Under the pieces are notes generated by a model that saw only the letters and a list, made by a program, of their open reading frames with translations, had not been told where the DNA came from and ran no database searches. From positions 41,292,001 through 41,356,000 of the forward strand of contig OZ024744.1 of NCBI GenBank assembly GCA_964016885.1: a stretch of 64,000 nt of DNA. The letters run 5' to 3'. Source of the DNA: Eledone cirrhosa (Eukaryota). Both the position numbers and the translations under genes were made by a program. The stretch's first letter is position 1; each line of letters opens with the position of its first letter. Of this stretch, positions 54,701-64,000 are shown piece after piece.

Positions 54701-55485
54701 CAGACTTTATCTGATGCTCCAACAATTCTGTCAATCTACTTACTTCCTTGGACTGATGATTTATTTGATTTACTTTGAAAGAATAAAAAGCAAAACTGAT
54801 CTCAGCAGAATTTAATCTCACGGTGGAATGAGCTGGAACAAATACTGTAAGGTAGTTTGATCTTATGCTTTTACAAGTCTGGCAATTGGCTAAACCATAC
54901 AATAATTATAGATTTTATTTTGGAGAATGTTTAGAAAGCATGATAAGAAAAACCTGTTGATATTGTTGCCTTTCTAATGTATCTTTTAGTGTATTAACTG
55001 AGTATTTCAAATTGAATATTTTTCCAATATTTATCAAGTTTTTTTTTGAATTAGCTGACAATGTTTAAAATGACATCCTTCCTTATTAACTGATTCTGAT
55101 TTCTCAACACAACATCTCTTCCCTCACCATGTTCCTTCAATATCTTCTCTGTGAGTCTCAATGATTTGAGATCAGCACTCACCACCTCTACTCAGGTCTT
55201 CTTTGGTCTGTAATAAATTCTATGAAATAAGTCTAAATGTGTTTTTTTATGCTAACGTATGTCAAATTAGCAGTGTATGTGGGAGAGAATTGACTGTGCA
55301 ATAAATTTTCTGAATTGTCAGAGCAAAGTAATTCTTTTCATTCCAATATCCTTCTGAGAATCTCTTATCCAATGAGCTGAGGGAGTTTAAGATGGTTGGC
55401 CGACATTATTTATCACTTTTATTTTTTACATTTTTACATTTTGTAAAATTTATTCCTTTAATTGTTATTATTATTATTAGTTTTA

Positions 55486-55519
<34 letters not shown>

Positions 55520-55526
55520 CAACTAC

Positions 55527-55578
<52 letters not shown>

Positions 55579-55583
55579 ACTAC

Positions 55584-55633
<50 letters not shown>

Positions 55634-55638
55634 TACAT

Positions 55639-55736
<98 letters not shown>

Positions 55737-56126
55737 AAAGTAAACTCAAGTGACTCCAGCAATATGTCTTGATTAAGTAAGATCTTGATGCAATGCAATG
55801 CTAAAAGCAATGATTGAACTTACAACTTTCATCAAGCTCATGACCAATGAAATGAGATAATCGGTAAAGAAGAAAAATAAATTTTATAGTAAAATATAAG
55901 AAAAAGGAATAAGAATAAAAGTGCACCCTCAGGTTAAGATTGAATAGCTGTCATTTATGACAGGAAGAAGCAAAACATATTGCTCTAATTAGGAGTGGTT
56001 TCGAGTGTTTCTTCATTTATATATCATATATATACATATACATATACATAAACCTATGCATGCATATATATATGTATAGGTATATGTATATATATATAAT
56101 GAGATATATGTATACATATATATAGA

Positions 56127-56234
<108 letters not shown>

Positions 56235-56438
56235 GCTCCTTCGGTTGAGCACTCTACTGACTTATATTCCTCATGCAGAAACAACATCTGAATATTTCTA
56301 CAAAGAACATACCCATCCGGTTGCAACGTTTTTTTAAATATCCAGTTCTGCGTTTACAGATTGACTTTGTTAGTTTCAGAAGATCCCGTTAAGGGTGAAA
56401 GCAGCGATTCTTTGCTTAAACTTTAATCTGTTATTTTA

Positions 56439-56532
<94 letters not shown>

Positions 56533-56534
<2 letters not shown>

Positions 56535-56763
56535 GCATTACGTGCAGAGGACCTGCGCAGACTGGAAAGGAATGAAGCATGCATGCTCCATTGGTTGTGT
56601 AATAGTAATATACGTGAACAGCAAAGCATAAATGGACTAAGTGAGAGATTAGGAATAAAAGGGATCAGCCGACTGGACACTGCTCACAACAGGACAACCC
56701 ATCTAACCCATGCTAGCATTGAAGAACGGACGTAAAACAGTAATGATGATGATGATGATGATG
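56533..56763 (+). mobile_element. Internally deleted RTE 3' fragment
   Basis: WALRAEDLRRLERNEACML.. fused to the terminal 3' UTR and (GAT)n tail. Confidence 0.7.
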
Positions 56764-56826
56764 TATATATATATATATATAGTGATGAAACATAAGTCAA
56801 TTGCATGAACTCATAATCCTTTATTT

Positions 56827-56882
56827 ACTGCTATATTTATTTCGATGATAGCCATTGAATGGCTATGACCTCATCAGACAGT
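56827..56882 (-). ncRNA. Minimal type-I hammerhead ribozyme (relative of 4912-4970)
   Basis: ACUGU-CUGAUGA-[gguc auagcca uucaa uggcuau cauc]-GAAA-UAAAUA-UA-GCAGU. Compensatory stem I change relative to the 4912 copy. Confidence 0.8.
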
Positions 56883-57030
56883 TAGTCAGTTCTTAGATAT
56901 GCCAGCTCTGTGTGTATAGTGTTAATGGTATCAGAGCCTTGGGACATATGAGCTTGTTAGGAATAATTTAATGTTGTCAGCAGGAATAGTCTTGATTCTC
57001 ATTGCGCAGTTTGTAAGTGCTAGTAGGGTT

Positions 57031-57069
<39 letters not shown>

Positions 57070-57517
57070 ATATATATATATATATATACCTATATATATA
57101 TATATATATACATATATATACATATATATATATATGATGATGACATCATTATATTGCAGACTCCTGCAATAGGATTTTGTCGATCATGGATTTGCAGAAA
57201 CTTAGCGCTGTCGTTGCGTGCGATATTGCGATCAATATTGTGGAAACACCTTGTGGATTATATATTTTCCACCCAGCCTCAGCATTATTTCCTTTCCAGG
57301 TCAGCAAAAAATCTTTACCTGGGTCCTGTATTTTCGTTGCTCTAGTGATGCGGTCGGACTGCCGACTGCTATATCTAATTTTCTAAGCTGTCTGAACATA
57401 ATGTTATACTCTGGGGTCTTATCTCATCTGAGTGGCAAAGCTACAAACCGAATAAGCATACACGCTAGCTTGGCCGTATACTAGAGCTTCGTCTATGCTG
57501 TACTAAAATTTATATAC

Positions 57518-57671
<154 letters not shown>

Positions 57672-57682
57672 ATATATATACG

Positions 57683-57715
<33 letters not shown>

Positions 57716-57878
57716 ATATAGATAATACTGTAGAAAACCTGCCAGACAGTCCTATGCGAGCAAGACAATCACTCTTGCCTCAAGTGGGAATACCCCCGTC
57801 CAAACCCATGCAAGCGTGGAACACGGACGTTAAAAGTTGATGATGATGATGATGATGATATATGCATATATATATACC

Positions 57879-57910
<32 letters not shown>

Positions 57911-57911
<1 letters not shown>

Positions 57912-57996
57912 TCTCACTACAACAATTTCTATACTTTTCATTTATATATATATATATATATATAAATGAAAAGTATAGAAATTGTTGTAGTGAGAA
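57911..57996. repeat. Perfect palindrome centred on and flanked by (TA)n
   Basis: ttctcactacaacaatttctatacttttcatt-(ta)n-aatgaaaagtatagaaattgttgtagtgagaa. Confidence 0.95.
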
Positions 57997-58042
57997 TATA
58001 TATATATATAGGTATATATATATGTATATATATATATATATA

Positions 58043-58544
58043 GGTAAACGGGATAGAAAATGCTGACAGATTGTTCACAGTGAAAAATAGTTTAATTAGG
58101 AATAAGTGAGAATTAGTAATAGTATTGGTTAGTATTCAGTTTTGGTTTTTAGTTTTACCGGTTGCGCATTTCTAATGCTTTTCAAAAATCATTTAGAGAT
58201 AGAGCGTCCGTGATGTTTGCTCTGATCTGATTAGTTTTGGGAATTCTACCTGTTTTTATGTTAAAAAAGTGTCTCCAGCGGTATTAAAATAACTTTTGCG
58301 CCAATTCGTGTTGCAAAAATTCTTGTGGTCAAAACAATTTTGATTGGTCGGTAGAGGTCATGTGAATGTAAAAAATTGATTTTGCGCCAAATGTAGGTTT
58401 GTGTCGGCTGACTGAGAAATAAGTCTTTCACAACAAATATGTGTGTGTGTGTAGTAGTAGTAAAGAGGTTCGTTGTTGTGATAATGGTCAGCAGGGATGT
58501 GTGTGCGAACCGCAGCCTGTTGACAGTTCAAATGCCTATTAAGA

Positions 58545-58583
<39 letters not shown>

Positions 58584-58691
58584 CAGAGTAATTCGTGGTA
58601 GAGGGATGGTCAGTAGGAATGTGTCTGTAAGTGTGTGGGGGATATTTTAACATGTTAAAAGATTTTTTTCTAGCTCTTGTCTTATACGGAG

Positions 58692-58724
<33 letters not shown>

Positions 58725-61700
58725 TCTTTGTATGTTAATGTACGCGTGTGTATGTGTGTGTGTATATATATGTGTGTATGTGTGTGAGAGAATGTGTGTG
58801 TGTGTGTGTGTGTGTGGGTGGACCCACATTTTTTTCTGGTAAAATGGTGTACATTATTCGATATTTTCAGTAAAATCGATTCTCCCAATAGAACATCAAA
58901 AACCTTAATAATAAAAGGTGTGAAATGATATATAGTATTGGCATAATACCAAGGTGTGTGTGAGTGTGTCCAGATTGTACGTACTGCAAGGGGAATCCAT
59001 TAGGCTTTGCCGTATTGGAATACCTGTGCACAAATATGTATCTGGAGTGTGTCCAGAAATTGTATACCTGTGCACAAATATGTATCTGGAGTGTGCAAGG
59101 GGAATTCATTAGGCCTTGCCGTAATGGAATACCTGTGCACAAATGTGTATGTGCCCATCAGCGTGCAATACATGTGTGCGTATATGTATGTGTGTGTGTC
59201 GGCACGTTTATATCTATAGACATCAAAAGGTATGCAAATTTGTCTATATTTGTGTTGCACCATAGAACATGTGTGTTTACGTATGTCATTGTGTTTATAT
59301 GTGGGTAGAGATGTATGCTGATGTAGGTATGTATGTTGACGTGTGTATGTTGTGGGTTCGTCTTAGGGAGAAGTGTTTAGACGGGGTCCGTATTTGTTAA
59401 TAAAGTAAGATTCCTTGCTGATGCGCTGGGTGTGGGTGGCATTATCTTTAAATTTGTAGAGGGGAAAGATTCTGAAGTTGGGATGATTTGGGGCGGCACA
59501 GGTATCAATGTGTTCACTCAGTGGTATTTTCCTATATTCCCGTATTTTAATTTGGGATCTATGGACAGTCATGCGTTGGCGGAGGCTGTTTTTGGTCTGG
59601 CCTATGTATTGTTCTCGACAACCTGAGCAAGTTAATACATATATTAGATTTTCTGATGCGCATGTGAAATTGTGTTTTACTATAAAACGTTGTCCTTCTT
59701 TGAAATAGAATTCCGAACCCTCTATTAGGTTGATGCAAATGCCATAGTTGGGTCTATCGCATTTTTTTACTGTGGGTTTCGTTGTTGTGGTTGGCAGTAC
59801 TTTGGCATGTGTTAGGATGTTTTTCATTGACTTAGATTGTCTTTTGCTCTTTATGATATCGTGTGTTCGTAGGATTTGGTTCATTCTGTAGTCCTTTTTC
59901 AACACAGGGATGTTCTGGAGGATGGTGTCAAAGGCCTCATTGTTGAGGAGGTTGTGTGTGGAGATGTATGGAAGAGCTTTTAGTTTCGGTTGATTTACTT
60001 TAGGGTGTCTAAGGTCTTGGGTACTGAGTTTTAGGGCACGTTGGATTCCATTGTCAATTAGTGATGCAGGGTAGTCCCTGCCTATGATTGTGTCCTTTAG
60101 TTCTTGTATCCGTAAGTAGCAGGTGTTTTTATTGCAGACTATAGTACAGATTCTCTTGGCTAAGTTGTAGGGAATATTAATTTTAACGTGTCTAGGGTGG
60201 CAAGAGTTGAAAGGAAGATATTGCTTGGAGTCTATGGGCTTGTAGTATATGTCTGTTTCTATTTTTTTGTTATGGATCTTAATGAGGATGTCGAGGAAGG
60301 GGAGTTGTTGATGGCTGTATTCCATCGTGAAGTTAATATTCGTGTTGAGCCCAGTTATAAGGGTGTGAAATTCTATAAGTTTCTCGATGTTTTCGTGCCA
60401 AAGGATGAAGCAGTCATCTAGATATCGCTTCCAGTTCTTTTCTATGTGTAAGTGGAGAGTGTTTCCAAATTTGTTTAGGACTTTAGTGTAGAGGGTGATT
60501 TCCAGGTATCCCATGACTAGGTTGGCATAAGTGGGGGCTGTTTTCGTTCCCATAGCGGTCCCAGATTTCTGCCTGTAGGGTTTGTTATTGAAAACGAAGT
60601 AATTGTTCTCCAAGATAAATTTGAGTCCCTCTATCACGAATTCTTTTTTGATGCGTTGTGGGAGTTCATTGTGATAATTATCCAGGCCAGAATTGGATAG
60701 CTTCTATTCCTAGGTTGTGGGGGGATGTTGGATTATAGGTTGACTACATCGAACGTCACTAGTAGGGTTTGTTCAGAAAGTGGCATATTAGGGAGGTGAT
60801 TGAGCATATCTAGATCGTCCCTTATATAGCTTTTGATGTGTTTGAGAAAAGGCTTGAGAAGGGTATCAATGAAGTTGCTAAGGCGGTGGGTTTCGCAAGC
60901 GGGGCCTGCTATTATAGGTCTTAATTTGAGATCATTGGGTGAGGGAACATTGATGACTATGTCTGTGGCTTCCTTACATGCCTTACTTATTAATACATTA
61001 CTTATTAATAGATACCTACATCAGCATACATCTCTACCCACATATAAACACAATGACATACGTAAACACACATGTTCTATGGTGCAACACAAATATACAC
61101 AAATTTGCATACCTTTTGTTGTCTATAGATATAAACGTGCCGACACACACACATACATATACGCACACATGTATTGCACGCTGATGGGCTCATACATATT
61201 TGTGCACGGGTATTCCAATACGGCAAGGCCTAATGAATTCCCCTTGTAGTACGTACAATCTGGACACACTCCAGATACATGTGTACAATTTGTGCACAGG
61301 TATATAGTTTGTGCACAGGTATACAATTTCTGGACACACTCCAGATACATATTTGTGCACAGGTATTCCAATACGGCAAGGCCTAATGGATCCCCCTTGC
61401 AGTACGTACAATCTGGACACACTCACACACACCTTGGTATTATGCCAATACTATATATCATTTCACACCTTTTATTATTAAGGTTTTTGATGTTCTATTG
61501 AGAGAATCGATTTTACTGAAAATATCGAATAATGTACACCATTTTACCAGAAAAAAATACGGGTCCACCCACGCACACACATTCTCTCTCACACACAGAC
61601 ACACATATATACACACACACATACACACGCGCACATTAACATACAAAGACACACACACACACACTTCTCCGTATAAGACAAGAGCTGAAAAATATCTTTT

Positions 61701-62290
61701 AACATGTTAAAATATCCCCCACCCACTCCTACTGACTATCCCTCTACCACGAATTACTCTGCTACACACACACACACACACACACTTGTCTTAATAGGCA
61801 TTTGAACTGTCAACAGGCTGCGGTTCGCACACACATCCCTGCTGACCATTATCACAACAGCGAACCTCTTTACTACTACTACACACACACACATATTTGT
61901 TGTGAAAGACTTATTTCTCAGTCAGCCGACACAAACCTACATTTGGCGCAAAATCAATTTTTTACATTCACATGACCTCTACCGACCAATCAAAATTGTT
62001 TTGACCACAAGAACTTTTGCAACACGAATTGGCGCAAAAGTTATTTTAATACCGCTGGAGCCACTTTTTTAACATAAAAACAGATAGAATTCCCAAAACT
62101 AATCAGATCAGAGCCAATATCACGGACGCTCTATCTCAAAATGATTTTTGAAAAGCATTAGAAATGCGCAACCGGTAAAACTAAATACCAAAACTGAATA
62201 CTAACCAATACTATTACTAATTCTCACTTATTCCTAATTAAACTATTTTTCACTGTGAACAATCTGTCAGCATTTTCTATTCCGTTTACC
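58043..62290 (-). mobile_element. Penelope-like retroelement (probably Neptune-type), 5'-truncated, with ~1.29-kb inverted copy of its 3' region
   Basis: RT+GIY-YIG coding region 59363-~60982 (-), flanked by inverted repeats 58043-59330 and 61012-62290 (e.g. ggtaaacgggatagaaaatgctgacagattgttcacag vs ctgtgaacaatctgtcagcattttctattccgtttacc). An inverted terminal repeat at the 5' truncation is typical of PLE insertions. Confidence 0.9.
59363..60982 (-). pseudogene. PLE reverse transcriptase + GIY-YIG endonuclease (424-aa open C-terminal part; upstream part has a stop and a frameshift)
   Basis: Motifs RPIIAGP, LVTFDVVNL*SNIPH, YRQKSGTAMGTKTAPTYANL, WKRYLDDCF, LPFLDIL, YYKP..SKQYL.FNSCHP, and the GIY-YIG region NLIYVLTCSGCREQYIGQTKNSLRQRMTVH. 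Confidence 0.92.
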
Positions 62291-64000
62291 AATATATCAT
62301 AACTTGTGTGTTACACCTCTATTCTTTTAAATATATATATATATATATATATATAGGTATATATATATGCATATATATATATATATGTATAAGTATATAT
62401 ATATATATATGTAAAAGGTAAACAGAAATAACAACACAATCAGTACAGTATATGGAAGGAATATATTAGGTTAACACTTGAAATACCAGGAACAGGGTCT
62501 TAAAGTTTTGGACGCTAGTCCTTCATCAGAATTAAGAAAACGTTATATATATATAATTGTTTCTACTTTTGGCACAAGGCCAGCAATTATACAGTGTATT
62601 ACTGGTACTTTATTTTATCGACCCCATAAGGATGAAAGGCAAAGTTAAACTAGGAGGGATTTGAACTCAGACCATAAAGGGCCGTAACTCTTTGGTGCTT
62701 TGCTGCAGAGCATGGCGTCCGACCCTCTACCGATACTGCCAATTCACCACCATATATATATATTTTTACACATACACCAATTAAACAAAGTCACACATAT
62801 ATATGTGTTTTGGCAACTTTTCACGATGTGGCACAATGGAGAATTAATAAGTTAATCAGAGCAAAATACTATAGAGTAAAGCATGTCCAGAGAATTATTT
62901 GATAATATATATACATCATCTCTACTCCCAATCACCATAATTAACCACACAAAAAATCAATTAGACCAGGCTATAAGAATTAAAGGCATCTATGAAGAAA
63001 CAGTAAATAGATACACCACCGCGGCGTCTTCATGTGCAACCGCTATAGAGCATCTACCTAATGTTTCAACAGCACGTGGAAATTAATTAAATACATGGTC
63101 AGCCATACATAATTAGGTAAATATTTATGTTAGAAATGCTTATATACATACCAGGAGTAAATCACTCTGGACATGCTTTACTCTATAATATATATATATA
63201 TATATATATATGTTTGTGTGCATAGTTCAAGATAAAAAAAACACTAACACAGTGATACAATTACACAAAATTATATTAGTTTGATGCTTGTTGGAAAAGG
63301 AAGATGGTGAGTTGATAGATTCTTTAGAGCATGGGATTAAATGCTTTACGCTATTTGTATCAGTTCTCTAACATTTTTGTGTTCATCCAGCCAAAGTCAA
63401 TATTACCATTCAGTCTTTTGGTTAGGTTGAAAAATAGAGTTACAATCTGGGTCAGTGGATTGGCAGAATTGTTTGAGTATTGTACATGGTAGGGTTTTAT
63501 GTGGGGTTCTAACAAAGTTGATAGAGTGTCATAAAATATGCTTTGTGGCATTTATTCCAGCTCTTTACATTCTGAGTTCAAATCTTGCTGAGGTCTACTT
63601 TGCCTTTTAATCATCTTGAGTCAATAAAATAAAATAAAGTAGCAGTTAAGTACTGGTGTCAAATGCATCAACTTATCCACCAACCCAAATTTCTGATTTA
63701 GAAACCATGGTGGATTGGCAGTATCTGTAGTGGGTCGGACACCATGCTTTGCAACGGAGAGTTACTTTATGATCTGAGTTCAAATCCCGCTGAGGTTAAC
63801 TTTACCTTTCATCCTTATGGGGTCGATAAAATAAAGTACCACTAATGTACTGGGTAAATGCTGCCAAAAGTAAAAACTATTCTTTTTTGTTACATCCTCT
63901 GTTTTTGTTTTTTTTACTCACAGAAATGCCCATTTGTACCGTCCTGTATTGTCCTGTACTGTCCTTAATGTCTTACTTTGTGTAAATCCTTGTGGTTAAT

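Overview
AT-rich, microsatellite-dense eukaryotic DNA. The repeat content (Deu/Nin-domain tRNA-SINEs, RTE LINEs with (GAT)n tails, (TA)n seas) suggests an octopod cephalopod, which is an inference. One host gene is present: the last six coding exons of prohormone convertase 2 (PC2/PCSK2) on the minus strand (47088 to 26769), all with GT-AG boundaries, compatible phases and the PC2-diagnostic oxyanion-hole Asp (ASGDGG). I found no upstream exons, so 47089-64000 is probably one long intron. The rest is mostly mobile DNA: RTE LINE fragments, SINEs, a deleted maT/Tc1-mariner element, MITEs and several Penelope-like elements (PLEs), including a young RT+GIY-YIG copy inside ~1.29-kb inverted repeats. 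The most unusual signal is a recurrent fold-back architecture. First, there are several minimal type-I hammerhead ribozymes. The best-preserved ones share a CUGAUGA...GAAA-UA(U/A)AUA-UH core but have different, covarying stems I/II, and they often sit in ORF-less inverted-repeat modules next to (TA)n. Second, there are near-perfect long palindromes, often centred on (TA)n, and two of them (366 bp and 257 bp) lie just downstream of the PC2 stop codon. All calls were made by eye; repeat boundaries are approximate and no database search was run.
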